A program made the position numbers and the translations under genes. Below are positions 9,759-20,254 of a stretch of DNA of 39,239 nucleotides, in pieces. Below the pieces are notes generated by a model. The model made no database searches. It saw only the letters and a list, made by a program, of their open reading frames with translations, and was not told where the DNA came from. The first letter of the stretch is position 1, and the number at the start of each line of letters is the position of its first letter. Source of the DNA: Armatimonadota bacterium (GTDB lineage: Bacteria > Armatimonadota > Armatimonadia > Armatimonadales > Armatimonadaceae); assembly GCA_043754515.1 (NCBI GenBank), contig JAYUUO010000126.1, positions 1-39,239 of the forward strand, written 5' to 3'.

Positions 9759-11399
9759 ATGGATGAAAAACGAAATGGCGTTGCTGCGCCACAATGGTTA
9801 GTAAATTGCCCACGTTGGGTCGCGGAAGCGAACGCGCTAGTACCCAAACTGCGCTACGAAGAGATTAATCCAACAAGGATAGTTTCGATCACGCCTGACT
9901 CAAATGCCTTTCAAGGATGGGCTGTCAGCGACGCCACGGACATAGACCTGGCTGACCTAAGCAACGTTGCTTTGACCAAGGGGGACAGCTTCACACTCGA
10001 CTTTGCTGGGCATCGGGTCGGCTATTTAAGGCTCAAACTTGAATGTAATCAGTGGTACAACGACGCCCCGGTCAGGTTACGACTTGTCTTTGGCGAGATG
10101 CCGGCGGAAGTCGTTGAACCGTTCGACCCCTACCCGGGCCGGTTGAGTCGCGCCTGGTTGCAAGACGTGCAGATAGATGTTGATGAACTTCCGGCGGAAA
10201 TAAGGCTTCCTAGAAGGTATGCGTTTCGTTTTCTACGCATTGATGTTATCGCCACTTCCTCGGATTTCTGTGTGCGAATTGTCGACATATCTTGCGACAC
10301 CGTCACTAGTGCGGGAGCCGATCTGGGCGGGACTTCCCTTGACGGAATTGACCAGGAGTTGGACCGCGTCAGTGTGCATACTTTACGTCAATGCATGCAG
10401 ACCGTTTTCGAGGATGGTCCCAAACGTGACCGCCGTCTCTGGCTAGGCGACCTGCGTCTCCAGGCACTCGCGAACTATGTTTCCTTCAAGGATTATAACC
10501 TCGTAAAACGTTGCTTGCTCCTGCATGCCGGGCTGGCGAGACAAGAAGATGGCATCGTGTCTGCCTGTGTCTTCGAACGCCCTACGCCAATCATCGGACA
10601 CAGTTTCATACTGGATTACGTCGCGATGTTTGGACCGACTCTGCTAGATTACGCCAATGCGAGCGGCGATAGGTCCTTATCTAAGGACTTACTGCCCGTC
10701 GCACTGCATCAACTCGACTACTGCCTAAGTTTTGTCGACCTAAAGACGGGACTGTTCCGAGATCCCGGTGACCAGTGGCTGTTCCTTGACTGGCACCCAG
10801 AATTGCACAAGACTGCGGGGTTGCACGCGGTCCTAATATACTCTACCCGTCGCACTGCTGAGTTAGTGCGGCTGCTCGGAGATGACGAACAAGCCTGCCA
10901 TTTGGAATTAACTGCGGACCGACTGGCTGCCGCCGCACGGGAGCTGTTGCGGGATACGAACACTGGTTTATATGTCAGCGGACCGGATCGCCAGGTTTCT
11001 TGGGCGACGCAGGTGTGGATGGTACTCGCAGGAGTACCCCGTGACTCACAGGAAGCGGCGGCACTGTTCGACGCGTTGGATGAAAGTGTCGGAGCGGTGC
11101 GCCCGGCAGGTCCATATCTATGGCATCACGTCGTAGAATCCCTTTACATGTGTGGTCGGGATGTACAGGCACTAGGTATTTTGCGAACTTATTGGGGTTC
11201 GATGTTGACGCACGGTGCGACGACATTCTGGGAAGTGTTCAACCCAGAAGATGAGTGGCTATCCCCGTATGGCAGCCATCTCGTCAACAGTTACTGTCAC
11301 GCATGGAGTTGCACTCCTACTTACTTCCTTCGTACTATCAGTAACGGGGATAAAACAAGGCTACGAGAACCACCGACAGGGCAAGCGCATCTAATTTGA
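9759..11399 (+). CDS. Alpha-L-rhamnosidase, GH78 family
   Basis: EDGPKRDRRLWLGD, FLDW, GATTFWE, SYCHAWS motifs of the (alpha/alpha)6 GH78 domain. Confidence 0.88.
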   Translation: MDEKRNGVAAPQWLVNCPRWVAEANALVPKLRYEEINPTRIVSITPDSNAFQGWAVSDATDIDLADLSNVALTKGDSFTLDFAGHRVGYLRLKLECNQWYNDAPVRLRLVFGEMPAEVVEPFDPYPGRLSRAWLQDVQIDVDELPAEIRLPRRYAFRFLRIDVIATSSDFCVRIVDISCDTVTSAGADLGGTSLDGIDQELDRVSVHTLRQCMQTVFEDGPKRDRRLWLGDLRLQALANYVSFKDYNLVKRCLLLHAGLARQEDGIVSACVFERPTPIIGHSFILDYVAMFGPTLLDYANASGDRSLSKDLLPVALHQLDYCLSFVDLKTGLFRDPGDQWLFLDWHPELHKTAGLHAVLIYSTRRTAELVRLLGDDEQACHLELTADRLAAAARELLRDTNTGLYVSGPDRQVSWATQVWMVLAGVPRDSQEAAALFDALDESVGAVRPAGPYLWHHVVESLYMCGRDVQALGILRTYWGSMLTHGATTFWEVFNPEDEWLSPYGSHLVNSYCHAWSCTPTYFLRTISNGDKTRLREPPTGQAHLI

Positions 11400-12024
11400 A
11401 AGAACTTTCTGTAAGTGGTTCGTGCGTCACCTTGCCCATTTCTTGCGCTTCCTCAGGCTCATACCCTGAAGCGATTTGGGAAGGTCGTCAGGCTCACTTG
11501 CCTTGAGTAGAAATGCCGCCATACGTGGAAGCGTCGCCATGTTCTGTGCCTCATGACCTATACGAACCCGACTTCCGTCCTCGCCAAATGTCATGTCGAT
11601 GATCTAATGCAAGTTTTTTCCAATCGCCCAACTACGGTCGCCGCTATCGGCGAATGTAGCAATGCGAACGAGCAAAACCCATCAATGCTTCTACACCACC
11701 CGAACCACCCGAATTGCTGCTAATAAAATAACGCGAATGCCGTTATCGAGTCGAACGCCAATCAGATACCGTAATGATTGGGTACCATGAGCTACACTCC
11801 AGACCTGGATATCGTCGAAGCTGTCCGCACCACAACAAAATGCGGCAAGTCCGAGTGACAGAATGTCCGACAAACGATGCAAACGAGTATGATGGACACG
11901 CGGATCGGTCAAGGTATCGAAATCTTCTTGCAAAATTTGAAACAAAGAAAACAATAAAGGCAAGGTAAGAAACATGCCATTATATTAGCCTATTAGCCAG
12001 ATCCATTTAGAAGCGCTCGCCCTG
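11377..12024 (-). mobile_element. Internally deleted ISAs1-family element (648 bp) with 18-bp IRs and a 10-bp target duplication
   Basis: IRs CAGGGCAAGCGCATCTAA / CAGGGCGAGCGCTTCTAA; flanking GAACCACCGA (11367-11376) and GAACTACCGA (12025-12034); N-terminal DPR..H.L.DIL...CGADSF and degraded C-terminal LH*IIDMTFGEDGSRVR..QNMATL remnants. Confidence 0.88.
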
Positions 12025-12163
12025 GAACTACCGAAAGGCGACCCTAAAGTCGCCTGAAGAGCTGCGCTGCCCGGAAGCGTTACAGACGTTCCCTATAAGA
12101 CACGGTAAAATCTCAGGGTTATTAGCTCTTCCATTTTCACCGATTAATATTTCTATAAAAACA

Positions 12164-12193
12164 TTGACATATTAATCGTATGTGTGATATATT
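12164..12193 (+). promoter_or_regulatory. Sigma70-type promoter of the GntR/LacI regulator
   Basis: TTGACA-N18-TATATT with extended TGn; overlapped by the IR CGATTAATAT...ATATTAATCG (12141-12178). Confidence 0.6.
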
Positions 12194-12244
12194 TCAGGTG
12201 ACGGAATCTTTGACGTTTCTTATACGTGTTAAAATATTAAGACA

Positions 12245-13567
12245 GTGATGTTTAAACTACCCAAGACGAAATCTCCTCTCACGCAAGATCATGCCAAGGC
12301 AACTCGCCCTGGACGACCACGGAAGGATATAGCGGGACCGACCTACCGTCGCATTGAAAAAGATTTGCGGGAACGTATCGTCCGTGGAGCGTTGCCCGTA
12401 GGTACACTACTGCCAGGATTACGCGAGCTATCTTTGGAATACGGGGTTTCCGCTCCGACAGTACGTCTTGCTATCGCTCATTTAGTAGACGATGGAATTC
12501 TATATGTTGAGGCGCGGCGGGGGACGTTTGTTTCAGGCGACACCCCGGCTGCCTTGTCGGAGCGCAGTGTGGTTAATAAACTTACTGCCGGGTCTGGGGC
12601 ACTGTTGGAAGATACGGTGCTCGTTCTGTCGCCTCTCGGGATGAGTGTGTTCAATGTTGCGAAAGACGACCCGATTGGATGGGATGACGGTATATGCCTG
12701 TCAGTCGCGGGGCGTGTCCGCGAGGAAAATCTGCATCTTATGGTGCTTAATGTTGACAGAAAATTATCCCGGGTAAATTTTCAACAGCGGCTATCGCGGT
12801 TATTGCAGTGTCAGCCTTATGGGATCGTATTCACACAATTTTTTGAGGATTTGGAATTAGAGTCTGTGGTCGCGGGGATGGCAAGAGAACATGGTGTCCC
12901 TCTTGCTGTTTATGGTGGTGATCCGACGAAGATATCCTATGGAGATCGAGTGGTTTCCGATCATGCACAGGGAGCATACGAGCTGACGCGGTGGTTAATT
13001 CAGGAAAGAAAGCGGCATCAGATACTATTCTTGGGGTGTAGTGATCCGGATCGCTCCTGGTGGATACAGAAGCGGTATGCCGGCTATTGTAAGGCGATGC
13101 GGGAGGCTGAACTGGAGCCACTGCCAATGCTGATCATCCCGGACCAACTCAAGGTTGCCAACAAAGAAGACTTTGCCAACAATGTTCGTTGCAAAGCCTC
13201 TCTCCTGATTGAGCCTGTTCTCGGCACGGGAAACATTTTCCTTACGCCCTGTGATGCGGTCCTCGTTCTGTCTGATGGGGACTGCTTCTCGGTAGCTGCG
13301 GCGATTCGCCTCTTTGGCAAGGAACCGAATAGAGACATTGATGTCGTCGGTTATGACAACTATTGGCACTCGTGTCAAGAACGTGCATGGGAAGAGAGCG
13401 TGCCTCTTGCAACCGTAGATAAGGATAACCGCCTGTTGGGAGCGCAACTGGTGGATTTACTGGCAGCACGGTCGAAAAACAACAACCAAAGAGACACTCC
13501 CTTTTTACAATTGACTTCCCCTGTGTTTATCGTCAACGATGACGAAGTAATTCGTCATCCGCGATAA
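12245..13567 (+). CDS. GntR-family wHTH fused to a LacI-type sugar-binding domain (AraR-like regulator)
   Basis: YRRI...LRERI..G....G..LPG.REL..EYGVS..TVR.A...L...G....RGTFV; C-terminal D...GAY.LT..L, VVGYDN, LATVD. Confidence 0.88.
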   Translation: MMFKLPKTKSPLTQDHAKATRPGRPRKDIAGPTYRRIEKDLRERIVRGALPVGTLLPGLRELSLEYGVSAPTVRLAIAHLVDDGILYVEARRGTFVSGDTPAALSERSVVNKLTAGSGALLEDTVLVLSPLGMSVFNVAKDDPIGWDDGICLSVAGRVREENLHLMVLNVDRKLSRVNFQQRLSRLLQCQPYGIVFTQFFEDLELESVVAGMAREHGVPLAVYGGDPTKISYGDRVVSDHAQGAYELTRWLIQERKRHQILFLGCSDPDRSWWIQKRYAGYCKAMREAELEPLPMLIIPDQLKVANKEDFANNVRCKASLLIEPVLGTGNIFLTPCDAVLVLSDGDCFSVAAAIRLFGKEPNRDIDVVGYDNYWHSCQERAWEESVPLATVDKDNRLLGAQLVDLLAARSKNNNQRDTPFLQLTSPVFIVNDDEVIRHPR

Positions 13568-13692
13568 CTAAAACACGAAGTTTTGGAGGAATACAAATAA
13601 TGTGCCTATTGAAACTATTGCTATCTTTGTTTCAATAGCATCTCTTGCAATTCTCTTGCAATACAAACGCAATCTTTTTGGAGGATACGACG

Positions 13693-16600
13693 ATGTTCTA
13701 TCGAAACCTAGCACCGCAGCACCGACTTGCTCACTTTGGGCGGCATTGTGTTTTTGCCGCCACTTTGTCTCTGTCACTATGTTCCTGTGCGAATGTGACT
13801 GCGCAAACACTTACCTACAAGACCTCATGGTTCGGTAACTCCGGGGGGGCCGAGGCAAATCATATCATGGGGAATGTTGATTCCTTCTTTGCTTCCAGCG
13901 ACGGTAAATTATACGGCGCGACCTTTTGGGATGAGGGCGGGTCGAACGTTCTCGTTTTCAGCCAGACTGATGGTTCTATCCTTTGTCGTCCCAAGGAATC
14001 GGGGACTGGAAGTTGGGGGAGAAACTCTCAAGGCTTTGCTACCGGTGATGGAACGTATGTATATCAAGCCATGTCACAAGATGGTGGATATGATGGCTCG
14101 GTCTCCAATGGTTTCGGAGGAGTTAAGTACCCGGCTTCGGGTGGTAAATGGCAAGTGATCCGGCGATACCGACTCAGCGATGGTTTAGGAGCTTCGTCTA
14201 CGAATGGGAATGGGTATGACGGTTCATATCTTGTTGTTTCAAACGGTAGCACTGCGAAACCGGTGGTAGGATTAGCTGTCAAAAACAATGAGATCTACGC
14301 CGTCGATTCGCAAACGAACACGATCAAGGTCTACGATGCGACGACAATGTCAGCGACACCCGTGCGAAGTTGGAGTGTGACCGATCCTGGCGAGATAAGT
14401 GTAGATAGTGCTGGCTACATATGGATGTTGCAACCGACAAATAAGAAGCTGGTTCGCTACTCGAACATCGGTACGCTTCAGTCACAGTCCATTACTTTTG
14501 CTGCCGCCGTTGTACCCCGTGGGTTCGGAATCGACACAACACAGAACCGTATTCTCGTCGCCAATGACGGCATCGATCAAAATATACTGGTATATAACAA
14601 CATCTTGACTTCTCCTGGTGCCAATGGAATATTTGGCATCCGAGGTGGCATCTTTTTTAGCAATGGGGCGCAAAACGGCTTGGTAGGTCCTCTTTTGTTC
14701 AATCGCCCGGTTGGTGTGGGAGCGGATAGTAGCGGGAACATATACGTCGCCTGTAGCGCAGGGCCTGATGGCGGCGGCGTGGTGCTGGAGAAATACGATT
14801 CGCTCGGCAATCGCCTCTGGAACAAGATAGGGCTTGAATTCGTGGATGGTGCGGACACGGCGCCCTCCTCTGAGACCGACCTTTATACGAAGGACAAGCA
14901 CTTCGTTATGGACTATAGCAAAACCACGGCGGGGACAGAGGCTACCTATAAAGGCTATACCCTCAATCCCTTCAAGTATCCGAACGACCCCCGCCTTCAT
15001 GATATCCAGCAGCACCAAGCATCCCCGATGATTCGTGAGATGGACGGTAGGCGTTTCCTATTCATTTCCAATATGTACGGTGACCCACCGTCAATCTATC
15101 GATTCAATTCCGCGACCGACGGGGAAGTGGCGATTCCCTGTAGCTACTTCCGATGGACTGGTACCACAACGGATTGGATGCCTACCCGGCCCGGTAGTGG
15201 AGATTGGTACTGGAGTGATCTAAACGGAAACGGGAACTTCGATAGTAACGAATTCACTCAACCATCTACATCATTCACTTTTGGAAAATGGTCCGTTGAT
15301 ACGCGGGGGGACATCTGGATCACCAGTAATGACACCGTGAAAACGATTTCCAAGATGCCATACGGCGGGCTTGACTCGGTTGGGAACCCGATTTACAGCT
15401 ATAATACACGAGTGTCCACCACGGCTCCTTCGATTTTTACGGAGTTGTGTCGCATAGAATACGAACCGGCTACGGACACCATGTGGATCGCGGGATATAC
15501 GACGACAAATCCACTGGTGCGCACGGATTACTGGGGACAGGTCGGTCGAGAGATCGTTCGGTACGATAATTGGAACGCGGGCAACCGAACTGAAAATCTC
15601 CGCATTACTCTCCCCTATGACTTCACGCTCAATCCGCCCATTACAATCAAGGCCATGGCACTCGCGGGGAACTATGTATTCGCGACCGAGAGTCGTGCGG
15701 CTAAAGTTCATGTCTATGACCGGAATACCGGAGTAGAGGTGGGAATAATAAGTCCAGGACCGGAAGTGGGTTCCCAGAGTGGCTGGGTAGATGTTGACAA
15801 TGGTATCAATGTCAAACTTCGTGCAAATGGAGAGTATCTTATATTTGTGGAGGAAGACGCGAATGCAAAAGTAATGATGTATCGCTGGACTCCAGCGTCC
15901 GTTTCCGCAGCTTTCAAAGGCCCCCACAACCTTCCGGGAACATTCCAAGCGGAGGACTACAATACCGGCGGCCAGGGCGTTGCTTATAATGTCAGTAGCG
16001 TCAATGGGTCTGGTAATAGCTACCGGTCCGATGGGGTGGATTTGGAGTCGTGTTCCGAAGGCGGCTCGAACCTCGGCTGGACAGCGGCGGGTCAATGGTT
16101 CAAATACAGTGTCAATGTTCAAAGCAGCGGCAACTATGGTCTTACAATGCGGTTTTCCGGTATCAGCATGGGAACTCTACACATAGAGGATGAGAACGGT
16201 ACGAACCTCACGGGGAGTGTTTCGTTGCCGAGTACGGGTGGTTGGCAGACATGGCAATCACAGACCGTTCCCGTCGCGCTCGCTTCGGGCAATCATACGC
16301 TGAAGGTAGCACAGGACAGCGGCGGATTCAACATAAACTATATCAGCGTTTCCGCTTCCGTGAAGCTCAACGGAACCGTGATAGGTACCACCGGTTCTTG
16401 GAACAATCTTGGCAACGACCGCACAAAAGCCTTCGACTCGGACTCCGCGACGTTCTTCGACGGACCGACTTCTAGCAATAACTGGGTCGGACTTGACCTC
16501 GGTAGCGGTGTCACCAAGTGCATCACAAAGATCAAATACTGCCCGCGGGCTGGTTTTACATCTCGTATGAACGGCGGAGTGTTCCAGGGCACAAACGACC

Positions 16601-16767
16601 TGAATGGCACATGGACCAACTTATTGACGCTGTCCAGTAATCCGCCCGAAGGCTATTCGGAATCTGTGAGCATCGGTTCCACGACCACATTCCGTTACGT
16701 CCGTTATCTGTCGCCGACAAACAGTTACGGTAACGTTGCGGAGATCGAGTTCTACACAACGCAGTAG
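13693..16767 (+). CDS. Large secreted beta-propeller (NHL-like) protein with CBM6 and a C-terminal galactose-binding/discoidin-like domain
   Basis: GGAGG upstream of ATG 13693; signal peptide; F.RPVGVG.DSSGNIYV repeat; PG.FQAEDYN...GWT.AGQW.KY.V...STGGWQTW...GFNINYI (CBM6); AFD.D..TF...WVGLDLG...RYVRY...VAEIEFY. Confidence 0.8.
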   Translation: MFYRNLAPQHRLAHFGRHCVFAATLSLSLCSCANVTAQTLTYKTSWFGNSGGAEANHIMGNVDSFFASSDGKLYGATFWDEGGSNVLVFSQTDGSILCRPKESGTGSWGRNSQGFATGDGTYVYQAMSQDGGYDGSVSNGFGGVKYPASGGKWQVIRRYRLSDGLGASSTNGNGYDGSYLVVSNGSTAKPVVGLAVKNNEIYAVDSQTNTIKVYDATTMSATPVRSWSVTDPGEISVDSAGYIWMLQPTNKKLVRYSNIGTLQSQSITFAAAVVPRGFGIDTTQNRILVANDGIDQNILVYNNILTSPGANGIFGIRGGIFFSNGAQNGLVGPLLFNRPVGVGADSSGNIYVACSAGPDGGGVVLEKYDSLGNRLWNKIGLEFVDGADTAPSSETDLYTKDKHFVMDYSKTTAGTEATYKGYTLNPFKYPNDPRLHDIQQHQASPMIREMDGRRFLFISNMYGDPPSIYRFNSATDGEVAIPCSYFRWTGTTTDWMPTRPGSGDWYWSDLNGNGNFDSNEFTQPSTSFTFGKWSVDTRGDIWITSNDTVKTISKMPYGGLDSVGNPIYSYNTRVSTTAPSIFTELCRIEYEPATDTMWIAGYTTTNPLVRTDYWGQVGREIVRYDNWNAGNRTENLRITLPYDFTLNPPITIKAMALAGNYVFATESRAAKVHVYDRNTGVEVGIISPGPEVGSQSGWVDVDNGINVKLRANGEYLIFVEEDANAKVMMYRWTPASVSAAFKGPHNLPGTFQAEDYNTGGQGVAYNVSSVNGSGNSYRSDGVDLESCSEGGSNLGWTAAGQWFKYSVNVQSSGNYGLTMRFSGISMGTLHIEDENGTNLTGSVSLPSTGGWQTWQSQTVPVALASGNHTLKVAQDSGGFNINYISVSASVKLNGTVIGTTGSWNNLGNDRTKAFDSDSATFFDGPTSSNNWVGLDLGSGVTKCITKIKYCPRAGFTSRMNGGVFQGTNDLNGTWTNLLTLSSNPPEGYSESVSIGSTTTFRYVRYLSPTNSYGNVAEIEFYTTQ

Positions 16768-16843
16768 GACAATTGGTGTGACTTCGATTTGTGGCGTATT
16801 ATTTCCGACGAGAGGCGATTGTTGGGGATAGAACTGGTATTAC

Positions 16844-16937
16844 ACAAAAGAGGACAATCGTTACAGCGGATGGACTTTACTGTCGCCACCTAAGGTGTCG
16901 ATAAAGTCCATCCGCTGTAACGATTGTCCTCTTTTGT
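16844..16937. repeat. Perfect 36-bp inverted repeat with 22-nt spacer
   Basis: 16844-16879 is the exact reverse complement of 16902-16937. Confidence 0.95.
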
Positions 16938-17156
16938 CTTCTGGCAACAACATTATTAAGCTAAGTAGATTATCCTGTTGATTCACCCCATCACCCGGTT
17001 TTTAGTCCAGCATGCGGTTGGGTATCGTCAGGTATGTGTTATACATTCTTGCCAGACCTAGACAACATCACGCTGCAAAACATCCAGGTGTGCAGAGGCT
17101 TCGTCACTTTCCAGTTAAAGGCTACGGCAAGGCAGGCCAACTGCCTTCAATGTGGC

Positions 17157-18321
17157 TGATATGTACCCCATCTTTTGATCCATTCGCTGAGTGAGTCGCT
17201 CTTAGTCTTTTTGCTGTCGCTCCCAATCCGCACGGAAGGCGGCAGGAGAACGATAGTCCAATGCCGAATGAGGAGCGACCTCATTATACCAACACCGATG
17301 TGTCTCCAATCGAACCCTTACTTCCCGAAGCGAGGCAAATGCTTCCCAATCCAGAAATAACCGGGATCGCGCCGAGGTGTACCGAAATGGTATCACTGCC
17401 GGTGCTCCCGACGCCATTCAAGTGGTTGACCGGTGGCATCTGCTCAAGAACCTGGGTGACTCTCTGGAAAAGTCATCACTCGGAAGCACCGGCTTCTGCG
17501 CGAGGTGATGAAGTCAACAGGCAATGTGCCTGCAATTCACAACGGTGCCTCCGAAAAATTACTGCCTTCCCCAGATGCGATTCCGACGAATCGCTCGCCA
17601 CGCCAGGAGCGCAGACGAGAGCGATACGATGAAGTGGTTTCTCTCTGGCGTCATGAAATGGGGGCAGGTCAGAACGCGCTTTGCTGGATCGGTTGTGTGA
17701 GTCGTATCCTGAGGTGAAGACAATATCGGAGTTGGGAATGGCGTTCTGCGAGATGGTTCGCAATCGTCAGGGAGATTGCCTATCTTTGTGATTCACTTCT
17801 TCTCGCGAGAGCAGGATCGCCGAGATGTGCTCGTTCGCTGCCGGACTGTCGAATGATCTTGCCGCTGTTACGGCGGCGTTGACGAGTAAATGGAGTAATT
17901 CGTGCAAATGGCCATTTCACTGGTCAGACAGAGGGTCAAGTCAATCGCCTGAAGTTTTTGAAGCGTCAAATATATGGACGCGCCGGATTTGAGTTGCTCC
18001 GAGCGCGAGTCTTGCATCGAGCAACCGTAGTGAGACGAGCGTGTTCCTTTTCTAGCTCTCGTAGTTTCTTGACCTCATTGGTCTGCATATAGCCAAGCTT
18101 GCGTCGCCAAGTATAAAACGTGTTTTGGCTGATGCCTTTTTCCTTGCAGAGATCAGCGAGGGTTTTCTCGCCTTTCTCCGCTTCCTGCAAAATCGCGACA
18201 ATCTGCTCGTCTGTCATTTGTCCTGCTTTCACCTCTGTTCCTTTCTGTAAGGGGAACCTTATCCCTTTTTTGAGGGAAGAGACTAATGCAGCAGGTGGTA
18301 CAGTTTTTGGGGAGCAGACTA
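17157..18321 (-). mobile_element. Degraded IS3-family (IS407-like) element: orfA 18232 to ~18030, orfB tail ~17360-17202
   Basis: TDEQIVAILQEAE.G....DLC...GISQNTFYTWR.K...EVKKLRELEKE; YNE..PHSALDY.SP; imperfect IRs at ~17157-17182 and ~18296-18321. Confidence 0.8.
17360..18025 (+). pseudogene. ISL3-family transposase C-terminal fragment nested in the IS3 remnant
   Basis: FAAGL.NDLAAVTAALT.KWSN...QTEGQVNRLKFLKRQIYGRAGFELLRARVL, with stops and frameshifts. Confidence 0.8.
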
Positions 18322-18588
18322 TGGAGTCAACTGAAATATTCCAGATGTGTCAAATACATGGTACGTCGCAATTCCGAAAAATATTTGAAGCGAATTTTCT
18401 TTTAAATCGAATCAGTGTGATAATAAATGCTCATTGTTATTTTTGGGTCTATTTAATTCACTTTGCTCCAAGAAAATGTTCAAAAACGACTGTTTACCCC
18501 AAAGCCACCAAGTGACATTTTGAATCAATAACAGTATTAGTGGAACAAAAATAAGATCGCAATTCTCCTAAAAATGTGAGAATTATAC

Positions 18589-18618
18589 TTGACATAATAA
18601 AATGTCATGTGGTATATT
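18589..18618 (+). promoter_or_regulatory. Sigma70-type promoter with overlapping operator-like dyad
   Basis: TTGACA-N18-TATATT (extended TGn); TGACAT-N6-ATGTCA at 18590-18607. Confidence 0.6.
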
Positions 18619-18799
18619 AATTTCAGAAAGATACAGTGCAATGATGCAAAATATGCTGGTAACAAAGCACGTTGGGTTACCTCGAAATCCTCTACAATGC
18701 TGTACCTGATTGCAACCATTGCCTCTCGTTGATCGAGAGTGTATCTTAGCACACATCACTTGCCGCATCAGTGCCTGCGGCATAAAAGGAACTATATCC

Positions 18800-19597
18800 A
18801 TGTTATGTAACAATCGTTTGTCACGTCCCCGCAACGCGTTCACGTTGATCGAACTGTTAGTTGTTATCGCGATTATCGCGATACTCGCTGCTATCCTGTT
18901 CCCGGTGTTCAGCCAGGCCCGTGCGAAGGCGCGGCAGATTTCATGTTTGTCTAATCTTAAGCAGATCGGTCTGGCAACGTTGCAGTACACGCAGGATTTC
19001 GATGAGGTTTATCCTCCTGCCTACAATGCAGGAGGAATTTGGAGTGTGCTCATTGATCCCTACGTCAAGATGCTCGGCAACAAGGACGGCTTTCGGGGGG
19101 GAGGGGCCTTCCTTCACTGCCCTGACGATAGTCTGACGGAGGCAGATTACGGTAACTTGAGCTATGGTGTTAATGCCTCCGTAGCCGGAGTGGATGATGA
19201 CGGTGCCAACTATCATGAAGATTCTACTCCGATGGCTGACATCAAAAGTCCGGCGAGTGTCGCCTGGATCGCGGATGGCAACCGGGCTTGGTATGGTTCG
19301 TGGAGTGCCACATTTACGGATTGGGTCCGCCCGACCCGTGACGGTGGGTGTCAAAAAAAGGTGTCAACAGATCCCTGTGCGTTGGCTCTTGTGAATAACT
19401 GGATGGCGCAGGATTACACGGATGTAAAAGCGTTCCCGTGGTCCTTCACCCCGGCGTGGAGTAACAAGGGGCCCGCATATCGTCACAATCGCACTGGACA
19501 GAAAAGTGGATGGGCGAATATCTGCTACGTAGATGGTCATGCGAAAGCCATGAAGTTCGGGCAGTTTACAGCTGCGAATTTCTTCACCGATCTTTGA
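18800..19597 (+). CDS. DUF1559 / prepilin-type N-terminal cleavage-methylation protein with H-Xn-DG C-terminal motif
   Basis: [55 protein letters not shown]...[17 protein letters not shown] upstream of ATG 18800. Confidence 0.92.
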   Translation: MLCNNRLSRPRNAFTLIELLVVIAIIAILAAILFPVFSQARAKARQISCLSNLKQIGLATLQYTQDFDEVYPPAYNAGGIWSVLIDPYVKMLGNKDGFRGGGAFLHCPDDSLTEADYGNLSYGVNASVAGVDDDGANYHEDSTPMADIKSPASVAWIADGNRAWYGSWSATFTDWVRPTRDGGCQKKVSTDPCALALVNNWMAQDYTDVKAFPWSFTPAWSNKGPAYRHNRTGQKSGWANICYVDGHAKAMKFGQFTAANFFTDL

Positions 19598-19617
19598 TGT
19601 TGTGTTAAGGAAAAACC

Positions 19618-19971
19618 ATGACTATGAATCTGCTTGCCCTCCTGCGTAAGGAGGGCAAGCAAGTGTTAGAAATCAGAATTCTGACACTTGCTTTATTACT
19701 GATCAGTACGGCGTCCGGCTGCGCTCCAGAAGCCAAGACATCTGATACATCATCCATCTCTTCTGCCGTAACCAATCCCTCGCCCACATCTTCGTTGGCA
19801 GCAGGAGCGGCGAAAGCGACAACGACTTCGGATATGGATTGGTTGCAGCACAAAGCAGGTGAAACCAAGGGGGATTTCTCTCTGCTAAGTGCGGAGGACA
19901 AATCGCGTGTTCAAGCAATCACTAAGGGGCATGGGACAGAGGTGTTGAAAGGAATGGCGCCGTCTAAATAG
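19618..19971 (+). CDS. Small putative lipoprotein
   Basis: Hydrophobic stretch then ASGC lipobox-like motif; Ser/Thr-rich linker; AAGGA RBS; the real start may be downstream. Confidence 0.65.
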   Translation: MTMNLLALLRKEGKQVLEIRILTLALLLISTASGCAPEAKTSDTSSISSAVTNPSPTSSLAAGAAKATTTSDMDWLQHKAGETKGDFSLLSAEDKSRVQAITKGHGTEVLKGMAPSK

Positions 19972-20160
19972 GTCAGGCATGATGTCTGAATGTCAAATCG
20001 CGATCGGTGATAGTGTCTGATAACTATGAAACCCGCTGATACGCTATGGATAATGGATCTCCGCACCTTCATGGATAAGAATTGGGCAGTATCAATACGA
20101 TTGGGAAACGCTATAATCTCTCCCTGATACTCTGGAGAGCGTCATTTTCAACAGAATTTT

Positions 20161-20198
20161 CGCTAATTTAGATCGAATCTAAATTAGCGGGTGTTTTT
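20161..20198 (+). terminator. Hairpin (13-bp stem), possible terminator or operator
   Basis: CGCTAATTTAGAT-CGA-ATCTAAATTAGCG followed by GGTGTTTTT. Confidence 0.45.
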
Positions 20199-20254
20199 AT
20201 CCGAAAGATTCTAGCTATCCGTATCTTGCGGGCTGACGGTTAAAGGGAAAATCA

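Noticed and set aside
13606..13638. ATTGAAAC / GTTTCAAT resembling CRISPR repeat ends
   Set aside because: Single inverted pair in the wrong order; no repeat-spacer array and no cas genes
13600..13838. Short uORF (ATG 13600, 12 aa) or 78-aa GTG ORF after a GGAGGA
   Set aside because: The longer ORF overlaps the large downstream CDS; there is no independent support for either
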